DNA of 48,204 bases from an uncultured Candidatus Saccharibacteria bacterium (GCA_964550225.1 CAZJXT010000001.1:1-48204); one strand, 5' to 3'; counted from the stretch's first letter, positions 7,020-17,114 are shown. The notes: generated by a model from the letters alone, not told the origin. Numbers and translations: made by a program.

Positions 7020-8546
7020 ATGAAATCTGCTTATATTTTTCACGATGCATTTTCTAGTGCGAATGAAGATTGGTACCCATGGATGAAAACAACTCTCGAA
7101 GGGATGGGCTATTTTGTAGTTGTTCCAAACTTTCCAACACCAGGAGGACAATCCTATGAATCATGGAAAGTATCTCTCAAAAATTATATTGAAAAATTTG
7201 ATGAAGAAACTCTTTTTATTGGACATGGAGTAGGGGGGTTATTTGCACTACGTATTATTGAAGAAATAAATAGACCTATTAAAGGAATCATTCTTGTCGC
7301 CAGTTATGCCGAGCCTCTTCAGCACGATGGATACAATCATGTAAATAGCACTTTCTATAAATCTGATATTGCATGGGATCGAGTGAAGCAGAACGTTTTG
7401 TTTACCCATGTCTATGCAGGCGAACATGATCCCTTTGTTTCCGAATCAACCAGTCAAAACCTCGCAAATTTCTTAGCAACACCTCTGCAAATAATTCCAG
7501 AAGGCGGACATATCAATCGAGCATCAGGATTTACTCAACTGGTTGTTGTTGCTCAAGACATCAAACAAAGCACAGGATCTCTGCAAAAAGGAATTGAGGT
7601 TATTGCTACGGCTCCTGAAGAAGTTTCAGTAAATAATCCTGAACAAGAAAAACCTGCTATGGTTTCCGAGCCTGCTCAACCTCTGCCTCCGGAAGAAATT
7701 AAAGATGATCGTAAAAATATTCATACGATGTATCAAGACATGTCGACCTTAATTAATTCGAATCAAGGATCAGTCGCATCGTCACTCCTTACCAAGGCTC
7801 GTACTGATGAAGAGAACAAGAAAAACACCTCTCCTACATCATTGCGTAACATGCTCTATATCGGTGGAACGATTATCAGTGTTATTGGTATTGGAATCGT
7901 TTTATATTTCTTGGCTCAAAAATATCTTCCTGCGTTACAAAACCAAATTCAACCCGAGATTCAATCTTTGGTTCCTGCAGAAAAACATATTTTAGTTACT
8001 ACTACTTCTGAAGAGTCATATCTTTTAGATAAAAAAATACGAGAGAGCCTCTCTCAAAAACCAGATACTTTAGCGATTCATGATATTTATTATCAAGAAG
8101 GAGGATCTCGGGTATCGTTTGCATCTCTTATTGAAAAAACTGGGATCACTACAATTCCTCCTCAGCTAATTAATGAATTTTCACAACCATTTTTCATGCA
8201 TGGGAAAATAGGATTAGCTGACAATTCATTCGGTCATTTTTTAATTATTCCTATTAAAAATTACGATCAAACGTTTTCATTCATGCAAGAATGGGAACCG
8301 GTCATGATGCGTGACTTAGGAATTTTTATGGAAACCGATTCTGATGTTGTGCGTAAAAAAAATAACCGAGATACTTTCGAGGAAAAACTTGTTTATAATC
8401 GAAGTGTTCGTATTGCAAATGATCGTGAAAATAATCTGACATTATTATATTTCTTTATTAATGAAAAAACTCTGATTATTACCGACAATACGCTCGGTAT
8501 CCCCGAATTACTCAAGCGTTACGCAAATAGACAGATTTATCAATAA
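7020..8546 (+). CDS. YdeN/RBBP9-type alpha/beta-hydrolase-fold domain (nucleophile Ser replaced by Gly) fused to a Pro-rich linker, a TM helix and an unknown C-terminal domain
   Basis: N-terminus IFHDAFSSANEDWYPWMK...FIGHGVGG...GEHDPFV...PEGGHI matches the Ser_hydrolase fold. GHGVG replaces GHSxG. TM segment MLYIGGTIISVIGIGIVLYFLAQ. Confidence 0.6.
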   Translation: MKSAYIFHDAFSSANEDWYPWMKTTLEGMGYFVVVPNFPTPGGQSYESWKVSLKNYIEKFDEETLFIGHGVGGLFALRIIEEINRPIKGIILVASYAEPLQHDGYNHVNSTFYKSDIAWDRVKQNVLFTHVYAGEHDPFVSESTSQNLANFLATPLQIIPEGGHINRASGFTQLVVVAQDIKQSTGSLQKGIEVIATAPEEVSVNNPEQEKPAMVSEPAQPLPPEEIKDDRKNIHTMYQDMSTLINSNQGSVASSLLTKARTDEENKKNTSPTSLRNMLYIGGTIISVIGIGIVLYFLAQKYLPALQNQIQPEIQSLVPAEKHILVTTTSEESYLLDKKIRESLSQKPDTLAIHDIYYQEGGSRVSFASLIEKTGITTIPPQLINEFSQPFFMHGKIGLADNSFGHFLIIPIKNYDQTFSFMQEWEPVMMRDLGIFMETDSDVVRKKNNRDTFEEKLVYNRSVRIANDRENNLTLLYFFINEKTLIITDNTLGIPELLKRYANRQIYQ

Positions 8547-8583
8547 TGCTTGATAAAAGGGTCAAATATGCTAGACTATTCCT

Positions 8584-8943
8584 ATGAAAAAAGAACGTGT
8601 GAACTACTTTAAAGAAAAGCTTTTGAAAGAAAAAGCGGCTCTTGAAGAAGAACTGAATAGTATCGGACGACAAGACCCTAATGGCGATTGGTCAGTAGTA
8701 CCACTATCTCAAGAAGGCGCTGAACCTGATGAAGCAGATCAAGCAGACTTTGTAGAAGATTTTGAATCTCGAATTGGGCGCTTAGGATCTCTTGAAACAA
8801 AATACGTTCAAATTATCGAAGCTCTCAAACGAGTGGAAAATGGAACCTATGGACGATGTCTCAAATCAGGAGCTCTCATCGAAGAAGATCGACTAGAAGC
8901 AAACCCTGCTGCTGAAACTTGTAAAGCAATGATGAATGCATAA
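8584..8943 (+). CDS. TraR/DksA family protein with a degenerate zinc finger
   Basis: Coiled-coil N-terminus, then GTYGRCLKSGALIEEDRLEANPAAETCKAM. Only 2 of the 4 usual Cys are present. Confidence 0.65.
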   Translation: MKKERVNYFKEKLLKEKAALEEELNSIGRQDPNGDWSVVPLSQEGAEPDEADQADFVEDFESRIGRLGSLETKYVQIIEALKRVENGTYGRCLKSGALIEEDRLEANPAAETCKAMMNA

Positions 8944-9050
8944 TCTCTATAAAAACCCCACTGTATTGGTGGTTTTTATTTTTAAAAAATTTATTTTTTC
9001 TTTATTTTTTCTTAGGAATTTCTTTATCTTCTATTTGTTAAAGTATGCCT

Positions 9051-10580
9051 ATGTCAAAAAATTTTTCACGAGTTTATTCAGCTCAGCCTTATCAATTGCG
9101 AGGACACATTGTTTCTGTTGAAATCGACATTACCAATGGACTCCATGCATTTTCAATTGTTGGATTACCCGATAAAGCAGTAGAAGAAGCACGCGATCGT
9201 GTTGGAAGTGCAATTAAAAATTCTGGATTCACATCACCAAAACAAGAAAATCAAAAAACTATTGTTTCTTTGGCTCCGGCAGAATTAAAAAAAGAAGGTT
9301 CCTATTTTGATCTTGCTATAGCCCTCGGTTATTTATTATCAAGTCACAACATTATATTCGAACCGGAAAAAAAATTATTTATTGGCGAATTATCACTGAA
9401 TGGAGAATTACAACCCGTGACAGGAATTTTACCTATTGTTCAGGAGGCAAAACAATTAGGTTTTACTGAAATATTCTTACCTGTAAAAAATGCAATCGAA
9501 GCTGCATTAATAGATAATATTATTATTTATCCAGCACAAACATTACGCGATGTTATTAATCACATTGATGAAGAAAGTGATACACGACTATTCATTTCAC
9601 CTCAACCAAAAACTGTTTGTGAAACAACACCAGAGAGAGATTTTTCTATAGATTTTTCAAATATCAAAGGACAAGAAGTTGCAAAACGAGGCTTAGAAAT
9701 TGCTGCAGCTGGTGGACATAATGTGATTATGTCAGGACCACCCGGAACAGGAAAAACAATGCTTGCAAAAGCATTTGCCGGATTATTACCACCTCTCTCA
9801 GAAGAGGCCATGCTTGAAATTACAGGAATCCATAGTGTTGCAGGAATATTAAAAGACCCTATCATTATTCATCCTCCTTTTCGAAACCCTCATCATACAT
9901 CAAGCTACGTCTCAGTTATTGGAGGAGGGTCTTTTCCTCGACCAGGAGAAGTAACCCTTGCTCATCGAGGGGTACTATTTCTCGATGAATTCCCAGAATT
10001 TGATAAACGAGTCATCGAGTCATTGCGACAACCTATGGAAGATCGTGTTGTTCACATATCACGAGCACGTGGAATTGCAAGTTTTCCAGCAGGATTTACA
10101 CTAATCGCTGCAATGAATCCATGCCCATGTGGTAATCATGGAGCATTACATAAAAAATGTATTTGCACACCAAATGATCTCGCACGGTATCAACGTAAAA
10201 TATCTGGACCTATTTTAGATCGTGTCGATTTGTGGATGAATGTCGAACATATTGATTATGATAAACTATCGAATAATCAAACATTTCAAGAATCATCTAC
10301 AACCATTCGTGAACGTGTATCAAAAGCACGAGATATTCAGCACGCTCGTTTTGAAAATAAAACAACCCTCAACAGCCATATGACCGCACGAGATATTGAA
10401 AAACTAACACTTACTAATGATGTAAAGAAAATACTCAACGATAGTTCTACAACAATGAAATTATCTCCTCGCGCATATCATCGTATGATCAAACTAGCGC
10501 GAACAATTGCAGATCTCGAACAATCAGAACATATCCATACCGATCACATACTCGAAGCATTTCAATATAGAAATAAATAA
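9051..10580 (+). CDS. comM: YifB/ComM family Mg-chelatase-like AAA+ ATPase
   Basis: Lon-like N-terminal domain, Walker A GPPGTGKTMLA, LFLDEFPEF, and CPCG in MNPCPCGNHG. The start is chosen 6 nt after -10 TAAAGT; the ORF-track start is 9045. Confidence 0.92.
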   Translation: MSKNFSRVYSAQPYQLRGHIVSVEIDITNGLHAFSIVGLPDKAVEEARDRVGSAIKNSGFTSPKQENQKTIVSLAPAELKKEGSYFDLAIALGYLLSSHNIIFEPEKKLFIGELSLNGELQPVTGILPIVQEAKQLGFTEIFLPVKNAIEAALIDNIIIYPAQTLRDVINHIDEESDTRLFISPQPKTVCETTPERDFSIDFSNIKGQEVAKRGLEIAAAGGHNVIMSGPPGTGKTMLAKAFAGLLPPLSEEAMLEITGIHSVAGILKDPIIIHPPFRNPHHTSSYVSVIGGGSFPRPGEVTLAHRGVLFLDEFPEFDKRVIESLRQPMEDRVVHISRARGIASFPAGFTLIAAMNPCPCGNHGALHKKCICTPNDLARYQRKISGPILDRVDLWMNVEHIDYDKLSNNQTFQESSTTIRERVSKARDIQHARFENKTTLNSHMTARDIEKLTLTNDVKKILNDSSTTMKLSPRAYHRMIKLARTIADLEQSEHIHTDHILEAFQYRNK

Positions 10581-10604
10581 AAAATCCCGTTTGGGATTTT
10601 TTAT
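10579..10604. terminator. Bidirectional intrinsic terminator
   Basis: aaaaatccc-gttt-gggatttttt between convergent comM and the M23 peptidase. Confidence 0.7.
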
Positions 10605-11689
10605 TAATATAAAACAGGTGTTGGTCTAATTCCTCGAATTTCAAAATGAAGATGCGGACCTGTTGATCGTCCTGTATTTCCGACTTGTCCAATAATCTCT
10701 CCTTGTGAAACCGTATCTCCTACTGAAACATTAAGACATTTTTGATGAGCATAGAGCGTTTGGGTTCCATTTGAATGTTGGATAATAGTAAGATTTCCAT
10801 ACCCTCCATTCCAATATGTTGGAGAAGTACTTGAGCATGTTGGGCCTTTTGCAATAATAACGGTACCACTCGCCATTGCATGGATTGGTGTTCCAATAGG
10901 AGCCCCAATGTCTACAGCGTTATAACGATCGTGGAATCCTTGTGTTTTTCTAATGCGTGGATTTCCATCCAAAACAATCGGTCGTTTGTAATATCCTTTT
11001 GATGCAGAGACAACAGATTTTGTTTCTGGAATATTGGCTCGATTTTTAATAGTTTTTGAAGAAGATTTTGATTGAGCAGCTCCAGCTGTTACAGGAATTT
11101 GACCATCTGGAACGATAACCACCTGACCGATCACGAGAGCATCACTACTTTCGATTCCGTTATAGTCAGCAATATCTTGAGCATCTGCTTTATATCGTTT
11201 TGCAATGGTTACAAGAGTATCTCCTTTGGTAACTATGTGTTTTACTCCAGAGATAGGCAAAATAGTGAGTGTTTGCCCTACGTGTAATACATCTGTTTTC
11301 TTGAGATTGTTTGCCCAACGAATAGTACTTTCTGACACTCCAAATCGTTTTGCTACCGCAACAACAGTATCTCCAGGAGAAACCTTGTATACAATAATTT
11401 CATCACTTACAGGAATATCATACACATCTGCCAAGGTTCCTAATGGTCCGATTTCAGGAGTCATAGCACCATCATCTTGTAAAACAATATCAATACCATC
11501 ATCTGGTTTTAAGTTAAAATTCATTGCAATTGCAGGAGTAAGCAAATCCATGGTTTGGGCATTTTCAAGAGAAAAACCTTGTTCTGAAAGAGGTTCCTGA
11601 GCAGACACAGAAGAAAACAGCCACGCTTGTGAAGCCTGAGGAAAAATAAAGGTACTGAGCACCAAACAAGGAATAAATCCTTGTTTCAT
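10604..11689 (-). CDS. LysM-domain M23 family metallopeptidase (secreted)
   Basis: Signal peptide MKQGFIPCLVLSTFIFPQASQA. Two LysM repeats (GDTVVAVAKRFGVSESTIRWANNL; GDTLVTIAKRYKADAQDIADYNGI). M23 motifs HDRYNAVDI and GNTGRSTGPHLHFEI. Confidence 0.9.
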   Translation of the reverse strand: MKQGFIPCLVLSTFIFPQASQAWLFSSVSAQEPLSEQGFSLENAQTMDLLTPAIAMNFNLKPDDGIDIVLQDDGAMTPEIGPLGTLADVYDIPVSDEIIVYKVSPGDTVVAVAKRFGVSESTIRWANNLKKTDVLHVGQTLTILPISGVKHIVTKGDTLVTIAKRYKADAQDIADYNGIESSDALVIGQVVIVPDGQIPVTAGAAQSKSSSKTIKNRANIPETKSVVSASKGYYKRPIVLDGNPRIRKTQGFHDRYNAVDIGAPIGTPIHAMASGTVIIAKGPTCSSTSPTYWNGGYGNLTIIQHSNGTQTLYAHQKCLNVSVGDTVSQGEIIGQVGNTGRSTGPHLHFEIRGIRPTPVLY

Positions 11690-12011
11690 TATGTTCAAAA
11701 AAGACAATGTCTTAGAATCTTGTGAGTTATGTGTTATAAGCCAAATAAGAAATATCAAAATATACGGGACCAATATAAATTATTGAAATAAACGTATTTT
11801 TGAAATTACAAGCATTTCAGTCATTCTGTCATGAAAACCAAACCCCAGTATCTGATGAGGGAATATCCCTCTTGCACATATCTAGGGTAACAAATGACAT
11901 CTTTTGGTCAATAGAAACTGTGGATAGCATGTGATTTGACATATTGTAAAGAAATGTTTCATAATCACTATTGCTTAGTCGAGACTATTACTTTATAATA
12001 AAGTAATAATT

Positions 12012-12875
12012 ATGAGTATTCAAGAACTTTTTCCAAGTCAACCACTTCCACGTTTTGCAGGCATTGAAAACGATAGCCAGTCTGGGGTTATTTTAAAAAT
12101 ACTTTCTGACGCAAAATTTACACCACGAACAGGTGGAACCTATCGTATTTATCACATTCCTCAGAGTAATGATTTCACTGTTGAGGAAAACTGGAGCGAA
12201 ACAGGCTCAGATGGAATAATAACTCCTCGTAAAAAATATACTCATTTTACTATCACTAGTAACATACCACCTATTTCAGAACCCGTTCCCAATCAACCCC
12301 GTATACCAGGAACATCTCCAACACCTGAACCTGAACAACCAGACCATCATGAAAAAATCCCTTCTCTAGAACCAGATCCCTTGAAAAATCCATTGCCAGT
12401 CGAAAAACCAGGATCTTTTGAAATTTCTCCAGATCGAGAGCCAAAACCTCGACAAAAAACATCTCTTGAGATACTTACCGAAAAATTTAAAATAGGTAGG
12501 CAACAAATAGAAAATAATATTGTTCCAGATCCTATTATTCCTGACACTATTCACGAAACTCCTGACAAAGAACCAACAACCGCGGAGCCATCAATGAAAC
12601 CAAATACGCCTGAAAATTCACCGCTATCTCTCCTTAATACTATTTACGGACCAAACCAAGAAGAATGGCGCCATATTGAAAATATGCCTTTTGATACATT
12701 TATGCATCCAGAAAATTATTACTGGGGGACTGATACTTTTGGAAAACCTATTGAGCACACCTTTTCAGATTATCCAGAGCGATCTCAAAAACTCCATCAA
12801 CTGCTTGTTGAAAAAAATATAAGTACTGATTTTTCTGAAAAACCACTCAAGGAAGTCATTGCTTCTCTTAAATAA
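12012..12875 (+). CDS. Hypothetical protein with a Pro/Glu-rich disordered centre
   Basis: 287 aa ORF followed by a terminator. No recognisable family. Confidence 0.5.
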   Translation: MSIQELFPSQPLPRFAGIENDSQSGVILKILSDAKFTPRTGGTYRIYHIPQSNDFTVEENWSETGSDGIITPRKKYTHFTITSNIPPISEPVPNQPRIPGTSPTPEPEQPDHHEKIPSLEPDPLKNPLPVEKPGSFEISPDREPKPRQKTSLEILTEKFKIGRQQIENNIVPDPIIPDTIHETPDKEPTTAEPSMKPNTPENSPLSLLNTIYGPNQEEWRHIENMPFDTFMHPENYYWGTDTFGKPIEHTFSDYPERSQKLHQLLVEKNISTDFSEKPLKEVIASLK

Positions 12876-12876
12876 T

Positions 12877-12898
12877 AAAAACGCGTAATGCGTTTTTA
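12877..12898 (+). terminator. Rho-independent terminator
   Basis: aaaaacgc-gtaat-gcgttttt. Confidence 0.6.
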
Positions 12899-12932
12899 TT
12901 ATTTATTAAATTTATTAGAAAAAAATATTTTC

Positions 12933-12941
12933 TGATATAAT
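12933..12941 (+). promoter_or_regulatory. Extended -10 (TGATATAAT) upstream of pcrA
   Basis: tcTGATATAATcaaccagcttATG. Confidence 0.55.
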
Positions 12942-12951
12942 CAACCAGCTT

Positions 12952-14883
12952 ATGAATTCTATGCACCAAGAAAACCACCTTGATTTTTTAAACACAAAAC
13001 AACGCGAAGCAGTACTCGCCACAGAGGGGCCATTATTAATTATCGCCGGAGCAGGAACAGGAAAAACAAAAACATTAACTCATCGTATTTATCATATAAT
13101 TCACCAAGGTGTTCATCCAAATAATATTCTTGCAATTACGTTCACCAATAAAGCAGCAAAAGAAATGCATGAACGTGTGATGCATATGATTGGTGAAAAT
13201 TTTCATGAGACCCCATTTATGAAAACATTTCACTCACTGGGTGTTTATATCTTACGGAGATTTTCTCGAGAGGCTGGATTAAAAAAAGATTTCACGATAT
13301 TAGATACCGATGATACGATGAAAATTATTAAGCAAGCAATGGAGCAACATGGGATCAACCCAAAACTCTATGAACCTCGTAAGATACGAAATTTTATTTC
13401 CAGTAAAAAAAGTGATGGGTTCAACGCTGAACAATTTGGACGAGCAACTCATAGCTCATTTACAGAAATCGTAGCAACTGTTTGGGCAACCTACGAATTA
13501 ATAAAATCAAAAGAATCTAGTGTTGATTTTGATGATCTTCTCTTAAAAACTCAAGAACTTCTTGAAAAAAATATCGAAGTGCGTACAACATTACAAAATC
13601 AATGGAAATATATTCATATCGATGAGTATCAAGATACCAATGCGGTTCAATATGACATTGTTAAACTCCTTGCAGAAAAACACCACAACCTATGTGTTGT
13701 AGGGGATACAGACCAGAATATTTATTCTTGGCGAGGTGCGAACTTGAGAAATATTTTAAATTTCGAAAAAGATTATCCTGAAGCACAAACAATTCTTTTG
13801 GAAGAAAATTATCGATCTACAAAAAATATTCTTTTAGCTGCTGATGAGGTAATTAAAAAAAATACTGCTCGTATTCACAAAACACTCACTACAAAACAAC
13901 ACGATGGAGAAAAAATAATTTTATTTACCGCAATGAATGAAGGGGATGAAGCGCGCCATATTGCACACACCGCTAAAAAACTAATTGCTCAAGGTGTTTC
14001 AACTGATGAAATTGCAGTTCTCTACAGAACAAATTTTCAATCGCGAGTTTTAGAAGAAGCTTTTCTTGGTGAAAACGTTTCATATCAACTCCTCGGAACA
14101 AAATTCTTTGAACGAAAAGAAATCAAAGATATTGTTTCTTATATTCGAGCCTCTCGCAACCGCGACGGACTCTCTGATATTAAACGTATTATCAATGAAC
14201 CAAAACGAGGACTTGGTCCGGCAGCAATTGCAAAAATTTTTTCTGGTCAATCTGTTGAATTATCACCTTCTCAGTTTAAGTCATATCAGATTTTTCAAAA
14301 CATTCTCGATACTATTTCAAGTTTTGCAGAAACAAATACCCCGGCCGATCTTGTACGTTTTGTAATAGAAAAAACAGGTTTTTATGATCTGTACAAAAAT
14401 GGAAGTGAAGATGAACAAGAGCGACTTGAAAACCTGGAGGAGTTGGTAACCTATGCGACCCGCTATGAAGATCTCGATACTATGCTCGAAGATGTTGCAT
14501 TGCAGTCTGATCAAGACCAGTTAGATAATCCTGAGAAAAATAATGGCGTGAAACTCATGACGATTCACTCATCAAAAGGTTTGGAATTTGATTATGTATT
14601 TATTGGTGGATTAGAACAAGGATTATTTCCGCATGATGGATTTGATGAAAAGAAAACTGTAGAAGACCAAGAAGAGGAACGCCGATTGTTTTATGTAGCT
14701 CTCACACGAGCTCGCAAACAATTACTTCTTTCGTATGCTATGACACGAACAATTTACGGTGAGCAGAAATTTAATATGCCGTCTGATTTCTTGGTTGATA
14801 TTCCTGAAGAAATTATTGAACGAGAAGATGGATTTGGTGGAAATACTCCAGAACCCCTAAAAACTGTTTATTTGGATTGGTGA
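12952..14883 (+). CDS. pcrA: UvrD/PcrA-type ATP-dependent DNA helicase (SF1)
   Basis: AGAGTGKTKTLTHR (motif I), DEYQDTN (II), NYRST, VLYRTN, TIHSSKGLEFD, RLFYVALTRA. Confidence 0.92.
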   Translation: MNSMHQENHLDFLNTKQREAVLATEGPLLIIAGAGTGKTKTLTHRIYHIIHQGVHPNNILAITFTNKAAKEMHERVMHMIGENFHETPFMKTFHSLGVYILRRFSREAGLKKDFTILDTDDTMKIIKQAMEQHGINPKLYEPRKIRNFISSKKSDGFNAEQFGRATHSSFTEIVATVWATYELIKSKESSVDFDDLLLKTQELLEKNIEVRTTLQNQWKYIHIDEYQDTNAVQYDIVKLLAEKHHNLCVVGDTDQNIYSWRGANLRNILNFEKDYPEAQTILLEENYRSTKNILLAADEVIKKNTARIHKTLTTKQHDGEKIILFTAMNEGDEARHIAHTAKKLIAQGVSTDEIAVLYRTNFQSRVLEEAFLGENVSYQLLGTKFFERKEIKDIVSYIRASRNRDGLSDIKRIINEPKRGLGPAAIAKIFSGQSVELSPSQFKSYQIFQNILDTISSFAETNTPADLVRFVIEKTGFYDLYKNGSEDEQERLENLEELVTYATRYEDLDTMLEDVALQSDQDQLDNPEKNNGVKLMTIHSSKGLEFDYVFIGGLEQGLFPHDGFDEKKTVEDQEEERRLFYVALTRARKQLLLSYAMTRTIYGEQKFNMPSDFLVDIPEEIIEREDGFGGNTPEPLKTVYLDW

Positions 14884-14900
14884 TGTATCTTTCCAACGAG

Positions 14901-14935
14901 AAAGAGTGTGCGGAAATTTCCGCACACTCTTTTTT
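14901..14935. terminator. Bidirectional intrinsic terminator
   Basis: aaagagtgtgcgg-aaattt-ccgcacactcttt, a 13-bp stem. Confidence 0.8.
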
Positions 14936-15401
14936 AGTCTTCAAATCTTTTCAAATGATAGTCGATATGTCTCCACATCAGTCGCTGCCATTGAGCAATT
15001 GAAATATCGCCAAACACAGGATGATCTCTTAACTTAGCCGATGGTCCAAGATCTGCCATTCTTTTGATGTAATCAATAAGAACCTGCTTATCTTGATTAA
15101 ACCCATTGGGTAATGTTCCACCTTTTCCAGGAATAAATTCCGGCTGTGCGGGTACTGGCGGCCAAGGTAAAAACCAAATAGCAGCCCATCTGATAATACT
15201 CCATGAAAAAATCCAGTACATAACCGACCCCTTCTTTGCTGACTTTTCTCCTAATGCAACACGCATTGGATCAGTAAGGTGGGGCAGTATCTGACTTGAA
15301 GACATTGTTGAGAATCGTGGTTTGCGTAAATATTGCAAATTTTTGATTCTTTCTACGATTTCTGCCTGATCATTTTGATTGGCAATTGTTTTAAAGGTCA
15401 T
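14934..15401 (-). CDS. DUF1569 (DinB-superfamily) protein
   Basis: IVERIKNL...MSSSQILPHL...HPVFGDISIAQWQRLMWRHIDYHLKRF matches the DUF1569 pattern. Confidence 0.65.
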   Translation of the reverse strand: MTFKTIANQNDQAEIVERIKNLQYLRKPRFSTMSSSQILPHLTDPMRVALGEKSAKKGSVMYWIFSWSIIRWAAIWFLPWPPVPAQPEFIPGKGGTLPNGFNQDKQVLIDYIKRMADLGPSAKLRDHPVFGDISIAQWQRLMWRHIDYHLKRFED

Positions 15402-15435
15402 ACTCTCTCTATTTACTTTTTGGAAAATTCCAATA

Positions 15436-15459
15436 TTATCATATCATAATATATGATAA
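15436..15459. promoter_or_regulatory. Perfect 9-bp inverted repeat (TTATCATAT-N6-ATATGATAA) in a divergent promoter region; candidate operator
   Basis: Read directly from the sequence. It lies between the divergent DUF1569 and UbiA-like genes. Confidence 0.4.
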
Positions 15460-15484
15460 ATGTCAATTAATCCTTAAATTCAAT

Positions 15485-17098
15485 ATGATATACTTCACCA
15501 ATATGAAAAAGATTATTGATTTTTTAGACTCTCTTGATTTTTCACCAACAACCATGGCGCTCACCATTTTTGGACTGGCAACCATTCGACTCTTTTTAGA
15601 AAATTTTTCAAGTCCAGAAGCGGGCGGTTTATTTGCTCCTGTTGTTGGAATTATCAGCTATGCGAGTCTTTATGGGATGCTTCTTATTCTATTTACCATA
15701 ACACTTTCCTTGCTTACGAAAAAAAATACTTTGTGGTCGGCTCGTGTCATGACATTCTTATTTCCAATTGTTATTCTTACCCCAATCATTGATCTCATAG
15801 CATCCCGGGGAGTAGGACATTGTATTGGATATGTACAACCAGGAGGTCAGAATATGTTTCAGCTCTTTATAAATTTCTTGCTTCCTCATGCGCAACAATG
15901 TGGGATTACTCCTGGATTACGCATTCAAATTATTGCAGGGAGTCTTGGACTCGGTTTGATTGTCTGGTTGTTTTCAAAATCATGGATAAAATCACTCTTA
16001 GGAATAATGTTAGCCTATACTATTTCTTTTATTGGTGGAGCGCTTCCTATTATTGTTAATCTTATTACAAGATCTGATTCGTCTCATACTTTTTATTCCG
16101 ATGCGCTTTCCAGTCTTCTTGCTACGATTCACTATCCTTCAAGTTCTCTATTCTTTACAATCATTCCATCAGTTATTACCACAACCCTCCTTGCCCGTAT
16201 TCAATTTCTCCTAGCAATTATTGGATTTGGATTTATTTGGTATTTAGGATCTCGCACCACATGGCGAGCCTGGTGGTTAGGATCTTGGAAAAAAATCCCT
16301 ATCGCGGGTATCCATTTTGTTCTTCTTGTTTTTGGATTTAGTTTAGGATTTGCGGTAGGAAAACCAATGCTTATCTGGCCTGATATTGTTGGAATTGCAA
16401 CCGTTCTTGTCTCTCTCTTCTTTGCATGCTGGTCAGTTGCAGTACCTAACGATATTAATGATATAGAGATTGATAGAATTAGTAATCCTGAAAGACCTCT
16501 CATTAAATATAAAATGGAGGTAGGAACTATTAGAACGATTCAATACATCTCTGGAATATTTTCTATTGGACTAGCTATTCTTGTAAATTATAACGTGGCT
16601 TATTGTATCGGCGTATTCATAATACTCTACATGATCCACTCGTCTGGAATTCGACTCAAGCGCTTTTGGTTCACCTCTAGTATTCTTATTACTTTATCAA
16701 GTATTACTGCATTTCTTACTGGATATTTTACTCTATCTACCGACCAAATCGCTTCTCATATACCGCTCTCTATTATCTTGGTTCTTATATTAATGATCAT
16801 TCCTTATACACTTATAAAAGATATTCCTGATATTGCAGGGGATTCGTCTCAGAATATTCAAACATTCGCAGCGCTTTATGGAAAAAATAAAACTCTTGTA
16901 TTAGTATTAGCAATTATTCTAACGTGGCTCATATTATTTATCAGTATTATTCCTTGGTTTTTTGCTCTCGGTGTTATTATTCCTATTATCTTTTTCACGA
17001 TTAAGCCCAAGCTTATTGATCAGAAAATATGGCTCCTGGGATTACCTGTTGGTATTTGGTTTTTTGGAGTATTGATTCATATTCTTATTATAAAATAG
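15485..17098 (+). CDS. Polytopic membrane protein with a C-terminal UbiA-family prenyltransferase domain
   Basis: More than 12 hydrophobic helices. UbiA motifs NDINDIEIDR (NDxxDxxxD) and KDIPDIAGD. Confidence 0.7.
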   Translation: MIYFTNMKKIIDFLDSLDFSPTTMALTIFGLATIRLFLENFSSPEAGGLFAPVVGIISYASLYGMLLILFTITLSLLTKKNTLWSARVMTFLFPIVILTPIIDLIASRGVGHCIGYVQPGGQNMFQLFINFLLPHAQQCGITPGLRIQIIAGSLGLGLIVWLFSKSWIKSLLGIMLAYTISFIGGALPIIVNLITRSDSSHTFYSDALSSLLATIHYPSSSLFFTIIPSVITTTLLARIQFLLAIIGFGFIWYLGSRTTWRAWWLGSWKKIPIAGIHFVLLVFGFSLGFAVGKPMLIWPDIVGIATVLVSLFFACWSVAVPNDINDIEIDRISNPERPLIKYKMEVGTIRTIQYISGIFSIGLAILVNYNVAYCIGVFIILYMIHSSGIRLKRFWFTSSILITLSSITAFLTGYFTLSTDQIASHIPLSIILVLILMIIPYTLIKDIPDIAGDSSQNIQTFAALYGKNKTLVLVLAIILTWLILFISIIPWFFALGVIIPIIFFTIKPKLIDQKIWLLGLPVGIWFFGVLIHILIIK

Positions 17099-17114
17099 TG
17101 ACAAATCTTTTTTC

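Noticed and set aside
11855-11890. A second CUGAUGA followed by a hairpin (CUGAUGA-GGGAAUAUCCCUC) in the 238-nt intergenic region upstream of the M23 peptidase and the 12012 gene; considered as another hammerhead or a riboswitch.
   Set aside because: No GAAA follows the hairpin, and no cleavage-site strand or stems I/III can be drawn. I also saw no recognisable riboswitch core (c-di-AMP/ydaO-like) on either strand. It is probably just a 6-bp hairpin.
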